Source: a virus. Taken from it: a stretch of 48,634 bases of DNA. Numbering within the stretch: position 1 is the first letter of the stretch; each line of letters starts with the position of its first letter. This document shows, piece after piece, positions 24,204-33,186 of this stretch. The translations under genes were made by a program, and so were the position numbers. The stretch covers positions 1 through 48,634 of IMG/VR virus record IMGVR_UViG_3300045988_068629. One strand, given 5' to 3'. A model generated the notes under the pieces. It ran no database searches. It was not told the origin of the DNA and saw only the letters and a program-made list of their open reading frames with translations.

Positions 24204-24608
24204 ATGTTAAAAGCAGAGTTAATCGGCAATCTCGGGAATGATGCCGAAATCAAGGAGTTTGGCGGTAAGAAGTATGTGGCGCTTAGTGTTGCCACCACGG
24301 AGTACGCCAAGGATGACCAAGGCAACCGCGCCGATGTCACTACGTGGGTCAATGTCCTGTGGTATGGTGACGGCGGAGGGCTGTTTGCCTACCTAAAAAG
24401 GGGGGCTAAGGTCTTTGTGCGTGGTAATCTTCGGGCAAAGATGTACGCCGACAGGCAGGGAGTGCAGCAGGTCTCAATCAATGTGAGTGCATCGGAGGTG
24501 CAGTTGTGTGGGAACAAGGCAGACGCAAGCCCGCAGCAGCCAGCACCAGCGCCACCACAGCCCACGCCCGCCCCTGTTCCACAAGTCGGTGACGGCTTAC
24601 CCTTTTAA
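24204..24608 (+). CDS. ssb: Single-stranded DNA-binding protein
   Basis: OB-fold pattern LIGNLGNDAEIK...TTWVNVLWYG..AKVFVRGNL. A Pro/Gln-rich linker leads to a C-terminal DGLPF tail. Confidence 0.85.
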   Translation: MLKAELIGNLGNDAEIKEFGGKKYVALSVATTEYAKDDQGNRADVTTWVNVLWYGDGGGLFAYLKRGAKVFVRGNLRAKMYADRQGVQQVSINVSASEVQLCGNKADASPQQPAPAPPQPTPAPVPQVGDGLPF

Positions 24609-24610
24609 TA

Positions 24611-25126
24611 ATGAAGAAGTATGATGTAATCATAGCGATAGACCCGGATGTTGAACATTCGGGCATCGCTATTTTACACCCATCCACCAGGGAACTTGAC
24701 GCAACAAGATTGGCTTTCCCACTCGCCGTTGACTACATACGCCAGCAGAAAGAGCGTTGCGAAGCATCGGGGATGTCGCTTATTGTTGTCGTGGAAGCCG
24801 CTTGGATGATAAAAGGAAATTGGCATATCGCCAAGACAGAGAGAAGAGCAAGGTCAGCATCCAAGGGGTATGATGTTGGGCGCAATCATGAGACAGGGTG
24901 CAAGCTGATTGAGATGTGCAACCACATGGGCGTGGAGACTTTTGCACATGTTCCTCTTCGCAAATGCTGGAAAGGTACTGATGGCAAGATAACGCGCCAG
25001 GAGCTTGCATACTTCACGAACTTCAACAAGAGAAGCAACCAAGATGAGCGTGACGCCGCTCTTCTCGCCTGGAACTTTGCAGGGCTTCCAATTCGTGTGA
25101 GTGTTGGGTGCGTAAATAAAGGGTAA
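24611..25126 (+). CDS. RuvC-like Holliday junction resolvase
   Basis: IIAIDPDVEHSGIAIL, VVVEAAW and DERDAALLAW match the acidic catalytic residues of the RuvC fold. Confidence 0.55.
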   Translation: MKKYDVIIAIDPDVEHSGIAILHPSTRELDATRLAFPLAVDYIRQQKERCEASGMSLIVVVEAAWMIKGNWHIAKTERRARSASKGYDVGRNHETGCKLIEMCNHMGVETFAHVPLRKCWKGTDGKITRQELAYFTNFNKRSNQDERDAALLAWNFAGLPIRVSVGCVNKG

Positions 25127-25142
25127 CTTTCTATGTGAAAGC

Positions 25143-25173
25143 GTGTTTTATAGTGATATAAAGAGTACCTTTG
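25143..25173 (+). promoter_or_regulatory. Conserved box GTGTTTTATAGTGATA followed by a TAccTTTG -7 element (start of the packaging/late module)
   Basis: The box is at 25143-25158 and TACCTTTG at 25166-25173. A second TAccTTTTG lies at 25192-25200, and the ATG is at 25205. Confidence 0.55.
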
Positions 25174-25204
25174 TATGATGCAAGATACAAGTACCTTTTG
25201 AGCT

Positions 25205-25660
25205 ATGAAGCCAATAGATTTCAAGCAGTCCACCAAGGTACTGCAAAGGTCGGCTGACATGACCAATGACGAGTGTTCCTCACTTCACGTATGGAGTGAC
25301 GGGATGCAGTGCGTATCTTGCTGGAAGCCATCTTTGAGTGAGCGGATTTCGCTTGTGTTTGGGGGTCAGGTGTGGTTGGGTGTTGCCTCAGGTAGCACCC
25401 AACCCCCTGTTTTCCTATCAGGCAAAAATGTATTCAAGGGGGCTTCTGCTTTCTCCCGTGTGAGGTCTTTTGCCTTCTACATGGTAGAGCGCACCAGGGG
25501 TGTTGTGCGAATGCTTGCACATGTCGATAGACACCCATACGACGAGTATAGATTTTCAGGAAAGATGGTCTATTCCCTGGTGGCTACTATCATCGGTTGC
25601 GTACTCGGCTCTCTTGCCTATTCCTTGGTTGCAAAGCTGTGGCGTATCATCATTCAGTAG
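25205..25660 (+). CDS. Hypothetical protein with a C-terminal TM segment
   Basis: The C-terminal segment is MVYSLVATIIGCVLGSLAYSLVA. Confidence 0.45.
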   Translation: MKPIDFKQSTKVLQRSADMTNDECSSLHVWSDGMQCVSCWKPSLSERISLVFGGQVWLGVASGSTQPPVFLSGKNVFKGASAFSRVRSFAFYMVERTRGVVRMLAHVDRHPYDEYRFSGKMVYSLVATIIGCVLGSLAYSLVAKLWRIIIQ

Positions 25661-25666
25661 ACCGCT

Positions 25667-26212
25667 ATGGCACGAATTGTAGAGACAAGCATTGAGCAGC
25701 TAATCCCCGACAACCATAACTTCAACAAGGGAACTCAGTATGGGGAGCACCTTATGGATGAGAGCCTACGAAAGTTCGGTCTTGGTCGCTCTATCCTGCT
25801 GGATAAAAACAACCGCATCATAGCCGGCAACAAGACCACCGAAAAGGCGGGGGAGCTGGGATTTGAGAAGGTCGTCATCGTGGAGACTGACGGGCATACG
25901 CTTGTTGCCGTCAAGCGCAATGATGTAGACCTTGACAGCCAAGTTGGGCGTGAACTCGCTCTTGCGGACAACGCCACAAGCAAAGCTAACCTTGCATGGG
26001 ACGAAGAGCAAATCAAGCTGTGCGCAGAGGGCTTTGACTTTGACCCTGAAGATTGGGGCGTCAACTTGTCCGAGATAGAAGAGGAGGAAGAAGAAGCCCC
26101 AAAGGACGATGAAGAAGCCCGCTTGATTGTATCAAGCAAAGACCTCACGAAGCTCTCAATGCTACTCAATGAGCTGGAGGGGAGGGGCTTTAAGTGTGAG
26201 ATAAAGGAGTAG
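25667..26212 (+). CDS. ParB-like nuclease (ParB N-terminal) domain protein
   Basis: IEQLIPDNHNFNKG...SLRKFGLGRSILLDKNNRIIAGNKT fits the ParBc pattern. The C-terminus is acidic (EEEEEEAPKDDEE). Confidence 0.6.
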   Translation: MARIVETSIEQLIPDNHNFNKGTQYGEHLMDESLRKFGLGRSILLDKNNRIIAGNKTTEKAGELGFEKVVIVETDGHTLVAVKRNDVDLDSQVGRELALADNATSKANLAWDEEQIKLCAEGFDFDPEDWGVNLSEIEEEEEEAPKDDEEARLIVSSKDLTKLSMLLNELEGRGFKCEIKE

Positions 26213-26260
26213 CCGTATTTGGGACTATTAGGACGAAAGCGCCTATAAAAGAGGGTAGCT

Positions 26261-26758
26261 ATGGCAAAGTATGGTAAAAAGGTCATTGAGCAGATTGTCG
26301 GGCTAATAAAGTCCGACACATACACCATTGTTGAGATTTGTAGCCAGGTCGGTATCTCGCTCTCAACCTTCCACCGATGGAAAGACGAGTACGAGGAGTT
26401 TAGACAAGCCGTTGAAGAGGCGCATGAAGCCCGAATGCAGTACTTCGTACAAGAGGCGAAGAAGTCGCTCTTGAAGAAGATACAGGGCTACGATGTGACG
26501 GAGACAAAGGTCGTGACCGTGCCAACCAAGGGTGACGAGAAGAAGCCCACCATCAAGGAGCAGACCACAACCAAGAAGCATATCCAGCCCGACACCGCTG
26601 CAATCATCTTCACGCTTGCCAATGGCGACCCCACGAGATGGAGAAATAGACAGACGATGGAGGTTGTCGGCAAGGATGGTAAGGAGCTGTTCAAGGGCAT
26701 GTCAGATGACGAGCTTGACAAGGAGATTGAGAAGCTGGAAAGCAATTTAAAGAAGTAG
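26261..26758 (+). CDS. terS: Terminase small subunit (HTH-type)
   Basis: The N-terminal HTH is IVEICSQVGISLSTFHRWKDEYEEFRQAVEEA. The gene lies upstream of the large terminase. Confidence 0.55.
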   Translation: MAKYGKKVIEQIVGLIKSDTYTIVEICSQVGISLSTFHRWKDEYEEFRQAVEEAHEARMQYFVQEAKKSLLKKIQGYDVTETKVVTVPTKGDEKKPTIKEQTTTKKHIQPDTAAIIFTLANGDPTRWRNRQTMEVVGKDGKELFKGMSDDELDKEIEKLESNLKK

Positions 26759-26762
26759 AGCG

Positions 26763-27113
26763 ATGAAGGTAGTACGAAGCAATATCATTCCTTTCAAGGG
26801 CTTTGAGGCACTCAACCTGTTTGGCGTGCTGTTCGTGAGGAAAGACCGCGTGTTTGAAAGTGAAGCAGCGTGGCAGGTGATGGTTAGACACGAGACCATC
26901 CACACCAAGCAGATGCAGGAGCTGGGGTATCTACCATTTTACCTGCTCTACGCTTTGGAGTGGCTGGTGCGCTGGATAGCCTGTGGCGATGCTACCAGGG
27001 CTTACTTTAACATCAGCTTTGAGCGGGAGGCATACGCCAATCAGTACACACCAGGCTACACAGAGTGGCGGCGACACTACACGTTTTTGCGATACTTGGT
27101 AAAGAGAGGCTGA
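26763..27113 (+). CDS. Small protein with an HExxH motif
   Basis: Contains VRHETIHTKQ and a downstream FEREAY. It sits between TerS and TerL. Confidence 0.35.
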   Translation: MKVVRSNIIPFKGFEALNLFGVLFVRKDRVFESEAAWQVMVRHETIHTKQMQELGYLPFYLLYALEWLVRWIACGDATRAYFNISFEREAYANQYTPGYTEWRRHYTFLRYLVKRG

Positions 27114-27114
27114 A

Positions 27115-28584
27115 ATGAGCCGAGACGAGAGGGTGAAATACATGCTTGCATTGAAGGAGAGGTTGGTGCGTGAATCACGCACTGACCTTTTGCGCTTTAC
27201 TCTCTCTACGATGCTTACCTTTGACCCCGCTGACTTCCATAGACGGTATTATGGGGTGCTTACGAGGTTTGCCCATAAGGAGATTAAGAAGCTTATGGTG
27301 TTCATGCCCCCTCAGCATGGGAAGAGCGAGGGGAGTACCCGCCGTTTGCCCTCTTTCATCCTTGGTGAGCGTCCTGACACGCGTATTGCCATTGTCAGCT
27401 ACAACGCACCCAAGGCGCGCAAGTTCAACAGAGAGATACAGCGTATCATCGACACCCCCGAATATCAAGAGATATTCCCCGAAACGCGACTAAATTCAAG
27501 CAACGTGACCACCGTTGCCGGCTCTTGGCTTCGCAACGCGGATGAGTGTGAGATTGTCGGGCATTTGGGGGGCTTCAAGACCGTTGGTGTGGGTGGGGCG
27601 CTCACGGGTGAGCCTGTGGATGTGCTTATCATGGACGACATCTACAAGGATGCCAAAACAGCGTGGTCATCTACGGTGCGTGAGGGCGTTTCTGATTGGT
27701 ACGACACCGTTGCAGAAACACGTCTGCACAACAATTCACAGCAGCTTATAGTGTTCACCCGCTGGCATGAAGATGACCTTGCAGGCACGTTGCTACGACA
27801 GCAGGGGGAGTACCACCCAACGGACAATCCCAACGGCTGGGTAGTGGTCATCTACCAAGCTATCAAGCAGGGTGCGCCAACGGACTACGACCCCCGACAA
27901 GAGGGAGAGGCGTTGTGGGAGGAGCGTCACAACATTGAGAAGCTGGAAGCCATCAGAAAGCGCAACCCCCATGTGTTTGACAGCCTATATCAGCAAGACC
28001 CCAAGCCAAGCGAGGGTCTTATGTATGATTCTGGATTTACAGAGTACAACATACGACCAGCCACGAAGTACTGCATACGAAAGGCGTATGTGGACACCGC
28101 CGACACAGGCGCGGACTACCTTTGCGCCATCATCTACGATGAGACAGAGATTGGCAACTACCTTGTTGATGTGCTGTACACGCAGAAGCCGATGGAGTAC
28201 ACAGAGCCAACTCTTGCAAGCATGCTGACGAAGCACCTTGTGCAGGAGTGTGTGGTGGAAAGCAACAACGGCGGTCGTGGCTTTCAGCGTTCGGTGGAGC
28301 GTCAGTGTAGGTTGCTGGGCAATGCCAAGACCAAGTTCAAGTGGTTTCATCAAAAGGACAACAAGGAGGTGCGCATCAACGTCAATTCAGCAGCGGTTCA
28401 GAACCTCACATTTATGCCCCTGGGGTGGACAAAGCTCTTCCCCGAATTCGCGTCAGCCATCAATGGCTACATGAAGGTGGGTAAGAACCCCCACGATGAC
28501 GCACCCGATGCCCTTACAGGAACTATTGAGAAGCGAAAAGCCAAGGCGACGACAGACAACGTGGCGGGCTTATTCGGTAGATAG
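27115..28584 (+). CDS. terL: Terminase large subunit
   Basis: Walker-A-like VFMPPQHGKSE and Walker B VLIMDDIYKD are present, with a coupling motif TRWHEDD. The C-terminal nuclease region includes YVDTADTG and HDDAPDAL. Confidence 0.88.
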   Translation: MSRDERVKYMLALKERLVRESRTDLLRFTLSTMLTFDPADFHRRYYGVLTRFAHKEIKKLMVFMPPQHGKSEGSTRRLPSFILGERPDTRIAIVSYNAPKARKFNREIQRIIDTPEYQEIFPETRLNSSNVTTVAGSWLRNADECEIVGHLGGFKTVGVGGALTGEPVDVLIMDDIYKDAKTAWSSTVREGVSDWYDTVAETRLHNNSQQLIVFTRWHEDDLAGTLLRQQGEYHPTDNPNGWVVVIYQAIKQGAPTDYDPRQEGEALWEERHNIEKLEAIRKRNPHVFDSLYQQDPKPSEGLMYDSGFTEYNIRPATKYCIRKAYVDTADTGADYLCAIIYDETEIGNYLVDVLYTQKPMEYTEPTLASMLTKHLVQECVVESNNGGRGFQRSVERQCRLLGNAKTKFKWFHQKDNKEVRINVNSAAVQNLTFMPLGWTKLFPEFASAINGYMKVGKNPHDDAPDALTGTIEKRKAKATTDNVAGLFGR

Positions 28585-28587
28585 ATA

Positions 28588-28600
28588 TGTCACTATAAAA
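28588..28600 (+). promoter_or_regulatory. Conserved box TGTCACTATAAAA
   Basis: Lies 12 nt upstream of the portal ATG at 28613. Confidence 0.45.
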
Positions 28601-28612
28601 AAAGAGCATGAT

Positions 28613-30070
28613 ATGCCATTAGAGGAGTTATTTGCTGGTAAGACGACTAACGAGATTATCAGCGAGCTAAAAAGCAAGCGTACCACGGCGCAGCCTGACG
28701 CAGAGCAGGCACGCAAAGCCATTGACCCGAAGCTGCATGACATCAACAACCAATTCTTGCGCCCTGACAAGATGGTGCGAGTGGACAATCCAGGCGATGG
28801 TGCAGACAAGGTAATTGACGCAGGTGCAGATGGAGGTTATACACGCATTGAGAAGGTTGCACGCGTGGCTGTTGCGTTGCAGAAGCTAATCATCAACCGC
28901 GCCGTATCGTTCACCTTCGGTAATCCCGTTGCCTACAACGCCACGCCCGAAGGCGAGGGGCAGGAAGCTGTGCTTAAAGCGGTCACACGCATTCTCTACG
29001 ACAACAAGACAACTTCACTCAACCGAAAGGTTGCGCGCAGCGTCTACGGCTTCAAAGAGGTCGCGGAGCTTTGGTATGCCCAAGAGAAGCCCAAGGCGCA
29101 TCAGTCCTACGGCTTCCCTACGAAGTTCAAGCTACGATGTGCGCTGTTTTCACCGATGTTCGGGGACACGCTGTACCCATACTTTGACACCACGGGTGAC
29201 CTTATCGCCTTCTCGCGCGCTTACACCCACGTTGCGTCAGACAAGCAGCGCTTTGACTACTTTGAGACATACACCGAAGATGAGCATTGGTTGTGGGTCA
29301 ATGGGTCGGGTGGCTATGAGGTGGTAGAGGGCTACCCCAAGCGCGTTGCCATTGGCAAGCTACCCATTGTGTACGGGTATCAAGACCACTTCGAGACCCA
29401 GGATGTGGACAGCTTGATTGACCGCCTGGAGAAGCTGCTATCAAACTTCGCAGACACCAACGACTACCACGCCAGCCCTAAGATTTTTGTCACCGGTCAG
29501 ATTAACGGCTGGAGCAAAAAGGGCGAAGCTGGAGCGGTCATTGAGGGCGAGGAGGGTGCTACCATGAACTACGTATCTTGGCAGAACGCCCCTGAAAGCG
29601 TCAAGCTGGAGATTGAAACACTCTTGCGCCTGATTTACACCATCTCGCAGACCCCTGATGTCAGCTTTGAGAACGTCAAGGGCATTGGCGCAATCAGTGG
29701 CACGGCGTTGAAGTTGCTCTTTATGGATGCCCACCTAAAGGTGCAGGACAAGAAGGAGGTCTTTGATGAGTATCTGCAACGCCGTGTGAACGTCATCAAG
29801 GCTTTTGTGGGTCAATTCAACACGACCTTGGAGAACGATGCAGATGCCCTTGAAATAGAGCCTGAAATCACGCCATACACGCTGACCAATGAGATTGACG
29901 AAATCAATATGTGGCTCTCAGCTAACGGCAACAAGCCTCTTGTGTCGCAAAAGGCAAGTGTGATGGGTGCAAATCTGACGCAAGACCCCGAAAAGGACTT
30001 TGAGCAGATACAAGAGGAGGCGAATGCAGACAATTCGTTTGTCATCGGCGAGCCTGTAATCGACGCATAA
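28613..30070 (+). CDS. Portal protein
   Basis: 485 aa, immediately after TerL. The ATG at 28613 (MPLEELFAG) follows the conserved box. The track start at 28496 overlaps TerL. Confidence 0.7.
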   Translation: MPLEELFAGKTTNEIISELKSKRTTAQPDAEQARKAIDPKLHDINNQFLRPDKMVRVDNPGDGADKVIDAGADGGYTRIEKVARVAVALQKLIINRAVSFTFGNPVAYNATPEGEGQEAVLKAVTRILYDNKTTSLNRKVARSVYGFKEVAELWYAQEKPKAHQSYGFPTKFKLRCALFSPMFGDTLYPYFDTTGDLIAFSRAYTHVASDKQRFDYFETYTEDEHWLWVNGSGGYEVVEGYPKRVAIGKLPIVYGYQDHFETQDVDSLIDRLEKLLSNFADTNDYHASPKIFVTGQINGWSKKGEAGAVIEGEEGATMNYVSWQNAPESVKLEIETLLRLIYTISQTPDVSFENVKGIGAISGTALKLLFMDAHLKVQDKKEVFDEYLQRRVNVIKAFVGQFNTTLENDADALEIEPEITPYTLTNEIDEINMWLSANGNKPLVSQKASVMGANLTQDPEKDFEQIQEEANADNSFVIGEPVIDA

Positions 30071-30267
30071 TGGCAAAGAGGGTAGCAAGGTTGTACGAAG
30101 CACCGCAGTACAGGTGCAGAGATTGCCAACATTCGTATGATTGGCAAGAGAAGAATTGGCAAGGGGAGCTTTTCATGTGCCGTTGCAAGTATCATCATGA
30201 GGGGCGGTTTATCAAGTTCCTCAAAGACCCCCAATGTGAGCATTTCACGCTAAGGAACAATGGCTAA
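30070..30267 (+). CDS. Small Cys/His-rich (zinc-binding-like) protein
   Basis: Contains CRDC...CRCKYHH...CEH. Confidence 0.4.
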   Translation: MAKRVARLYEAPQYRCRDCQHSYDWQEKNWQGELFMCRCKYHHEGRFIKFLKDPQCEHFTLRNNG

Positions 30268-32857
30268 AAGACAGAAGACAAAGGCGTTTTCGTTCCAGGG
30301 ATTTGACGCAGCGCACTACAAGACGACAACGGCATACACACGAGCCGTGAACGCCCTGTTTGACAAGGCAACGAGTGACATTGCAGAGGTCGCCCACAAG
30401 GAGACCTACAACCCTGACAAGCCGTTTGACTTTGACGACTACCCGAAAGCCAAGGCGCAACTGCAAAAGGTCGTCAAGGGGCTTGCAAGTCAGATGCAGG
30501 CGGTCATTGAAACAGGGTCACGCCGGCAGTGGCTCTTCGCTTGCCACAAGAACGATGAGTTTATAGCTTCCATCATTGACACGACGAAGCTAACCAAGGG
30601 GCGCTTGCAGAAGATGCAAGACCGCAACTTGGACGCTTTGCAGTCCTTTCAGGCTCGCAAGGTGGGTGGCATGAGCCTTGCTGAGCGCGTGTGGAAGTAC
30701 ACAGAGCAATACAAGGCGCAGATTGAGCTTGGTCTTGATGTTGGGCTTGGAGAGGGTCGGAGCGCGCAACAGCTTTCGCGTGACCTACGGCAGAATCTTC
30801 AAGACCCCAACCGTCTGTTTCGCCGTGTGCGTGACAAGCGCGGGAATTTGCAGTTGTCTAAGGCTGCAAAGGCTTTCCACCCTGGGCAAGGTGTGTACCG
30901 AAGTAGCTACAAGAATGCTATGAGGCTGACGCGCTCGGAGATTAACATGGCGTATCGCGAAGCAGACCACCTACGATGGCAACAGCTTGACTTTGTCGTT
31001 GGCTTTGAGGTGCACCGCTCTAATCACGAGCCTAAGTGCAAGTGTGACCTTTGTGAGCGTCTTGTCGGCAAGTACCCAAAGTACTTCAATTTCAAAGGGT
31101 GGCATCCTCAATGTCTATGTTACGCCACGGCTATCCTTATGGATGAAGACGACTTTGACAAGCAAGAGTTGTCTGACCTAAAGAGCGCACTTAAAGGCAC
31201 GGAGTACCGCAAGTTGTCCGCCAAGAACGAGGTCACGGAGCTTCCCGATGGCTTCAAGGATTGGGTGGCAGAGAAAGAGGCGAAGCAGGCTAATTGGGCA
31301 TCAACGCCCTATTTCATCAAGGACAACTTCGTTGATGGTGATTTATCGAAAGGATTGGTATACGTTAAGGAAGAGAAGCCTCTAACACTACTTGAAAAGG
31401 CGGCAATAAGGCATAAGAATCGTACCACTGAACAGGTGGAAGCCATTCAAAAGCGTTGGGAGGAAAGAAAACAAAAGCACGCTCTTATCAGACAAGAAGC
31501 GCAAGGAGTTCTTGATACAGCTAAGGATTATAGTGAGGTTGATTTTTCTGCATTACAAACCGCTATTGATGCAGGGGATATTGTCAAGATGCAATCTATT
31601 GCCAAGGAGGTTGAAAAGGTTATTGGGGAAATGCAGAAGCAGGAAGAAGCCCTTTCTAATCTTATCCCCAATGTACACGAATGGCACAAAAGGTTTACGC
31701 TTGATGAACTCAAAGGTGTATATAGTGCCGTTGAGAAGAAACTTGCTTCTTGGGATGGATTGACATTGCAAGAACAATCAAAGAAGTTGAAGTTTGAAGC
31801 GGAAGAGTACTTTGGCACAGACAAGTATGGCGCACAAACAAAATACAAGACTTGGGGCGTTGCGCAAGATGCCTACAAGATGCATCTTGATAAAGTTCAA
31901 TACAAGATTGATAAGCAAGAAATTGAAGCGAGTGTTAATCATTCATTCTCTTTTGCTCAAAAGACAAAGAGTGTAAAGGTAAAGCAGCTTGTATCTGAAC
32001 TTCAATCCCTACTTGGAAACAATGCAACGATAGCAGAGCTTCAAAGCAAGGCTGATGCACTAAATAACGAGGTATCAAAGCTGGAAGCTGCTAAACTTGC
32101 CCGCGATTTGAAGAAGTTAAGCAAGCTGGGCAATGGGTTTAGTCCTGATGCCTATGTGCAAGAACGCAAGGATAGAGCGGTGTGGGATAAAGGAAGCGGA
32201 AAGGTTGCTGATAAGACCCTTATTGATGTTGCGGCGAAGAATTGGATTGATTCAACGGAAGATGAAAAGGATAGGGTTTATGAATATACACACCATTATT
32301 GCAATGTGAACGAACCTTTGCAAGGTCGTAAATACCTAAGCCATCAGACAAGGGCAGATTTCGAGCATCGAGTAAACAACATTACTTCTTACATCAGTAA
32401 GAATGTATTGCCTGAAGATATGTGGTTTATGCGAGGTGATGACGGTCTTGGGGTGATTGCTTCACGAATAAAGTTTGCTGGGGGAGAAATGCCAAATGAC
32501 TTGCAAGACTTGGTTGGTATGACTATGCAAGAAGGCGGTTTTATGTCCACAGGTAGCCGCAAGGGCAAGGGGTTCAGTTATAAGCCTGTTGTTATCCATG
32601 TGTATGCGCCTAAGGGTACGCAAGCCGCTTATCTTGAGCCTATCAGTGCATATGGTAAAGGTGCGGGCAGAAAATGGGATGGAAAGCAGAGGTTTAGTAC
32701 ATTTAGCTCTGAACACGAAACGTTGTTCCAACGAGGTACACTAATGCGAATAACAAAAGTGTACCAAGTCGGTGGAAAAACGTTTATCGATTGTGAAGTG
32801 GTAGGGCAAGAGGTTAAGCCATTGTCCTATGTTCCTGATGGCAATATAGGCTATTGA
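30260..32857 (+). CDS. Minor head protein (SPP1 gp7 / Mu F-like domain) with a helical linker and a C-terminal ADP-ribosyltransferase (R-S-E, exoenzyme-type) domain
   Basis: Mu F-like region: RSEINMAYREAD..HEPKCKCDLCERLVGKY..GWHPQCLCYA. ART region from nt 32282 to the end: YTHHYCNVNEPLQGR, WFMRGD, GFMSTGS, VYAPKGTQAAYLEPIS, SEHETLFQRG. Confidence 0.75.
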   Translation: MAKRQKTKAFSFQGFDAAHYKTTTAYTRAVNALFDKATSDIAEVAHKETYNPDKPFDFDDYPKAKAQLQKVVKGLASQMQAVIETGSRRQWLFACHKNDEFIASIIDTTKLTKGRLQKMQDRNLDALQSFQARKVGGMSLAERVWKYTEQYKAQIELGLDVGLGEGRSAQQLSRDLRQNLQDPNRLFRRVRDKRGNLQLSKAAKAFHPGQGVYRSSYKNAMRLTRSEINMAYREADHLRWQQLDFVVGFEVHRSNHEPKCKCDLCERLVGKYPKYFNFKGWHPQCLCYATAILMDEDDFDKQELSDLKSALKGTEYRKLSAKNEVTELPDGFKDWVAEKEAKQANWASTPYFIKDNFVDGDLSKGLVYVKEEKPLTLLEKAAIRHKNRTTEQVEAIQKRWEERKQKHALIRQEAQGVLDTAKDYSEVDFSALQTAIDAGDIVKMQSIAKEVEKVIGEMQKQEEALSNLIPNVHEWHKRFTLDELKGVYSAVEKKLASWDGLTLQEQSKKLKFEAEEYFGTDKYGAQTKYKTWGVAQDAYKMHLDKVQYKIDKQEIEASVNHSFSFAQKTKSVKVKQLVSELQSLLGNNATIAELQSKADALNNEVSKLEAAKLARDLKKLSKLGNGFSPDAYVQERKDRAVWDKGSGKVADKTLIDVAAKNWIDSTEDEKDRVYEYTHHYCNVNEPLQGRKYLSHQTRADFEHRVNNITSYISKNVLPEDMWFMRGDDGLGVIASRIKFAGGEMPNDLQDLVGMTMQEGGFMSTGSRKGKGFSYKPVVIHVYAPKGTQAAYLEPISAYGKGAGRKWDGKQRFSTFSSEHETLFQRGTLMRITKVYQVGGKTFIDCEVVGQEVKPLSYVPDGNIGY

Positions 32858-33186
32858 CCGGGGATTTTATCTTCTGGACAATGGTCATTAGCTATGAACA
32901 AGTATTCATCCATCAGCTTGTAGAAGTTGTTGATACTATCCTTTATTGAATAGGCAGTCTTTCCCCACGAAGTGAACATTACCATAAGCAAATCAAACGG
33001 AATGCCCGGATAGGGTTTTCCGTTTATTTGTTTGTAGTAATCACGTTCCCCCGTGAATTGACCTTGTGAAGACACATACACGCGCTCCATATCCCAAAAC
33101 CAATCCATAGTAGCATCGTTGAAAGGGCTTGCTTCTTGACCGCTGTAATAGCGACATTTCCTTATAAGGGCTTGCTTGTTATCCAT
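32851..33186 (-). CDS. Hypothetical protein translationally coupled to the ADP-ribosylglycohydrolase
   Basis: 111 aa. Its ATG overlaps the ARH stop (ATGGATAA), and its own stop overlaps the stop of the convergent ART-containing gene by 7 nt. Confidence 0.55.
   Translation of the reverse strand: MDNKQALIRKCRYYSGQEASPFNDATMDWFWDMERVYVSSQGQFTGERDYYKQINGKPYPGIPFDLLMVMFTSWGKTAYSIKDSINNFYKLMDEYLFIANDHCPEDKIPGQ

Noticed and set aside
25735-26328. 197-aa Ser-rich minus-strand ORF
   Set aside because: It is antisense to the ParB-like gene and the terS start. Its low-complexity poly-Ser is the reverse-frame image of the acidic GAA/GAG-rich tail.
28496-28612. N-terminal extensions of track ORFs: 28496, 4157, 9575, 10527, 10813, 12401, 17438, 19904, 23245, 34030, 34811, 35535, 35986, 38446, 40551 and 45973
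   Set aside because: The extensions overlap upstream genes or regulatory hairpins and have implausible composition. In-frame ATGs downstream give compact, non-overlapping gene packing and canonical N-termini.
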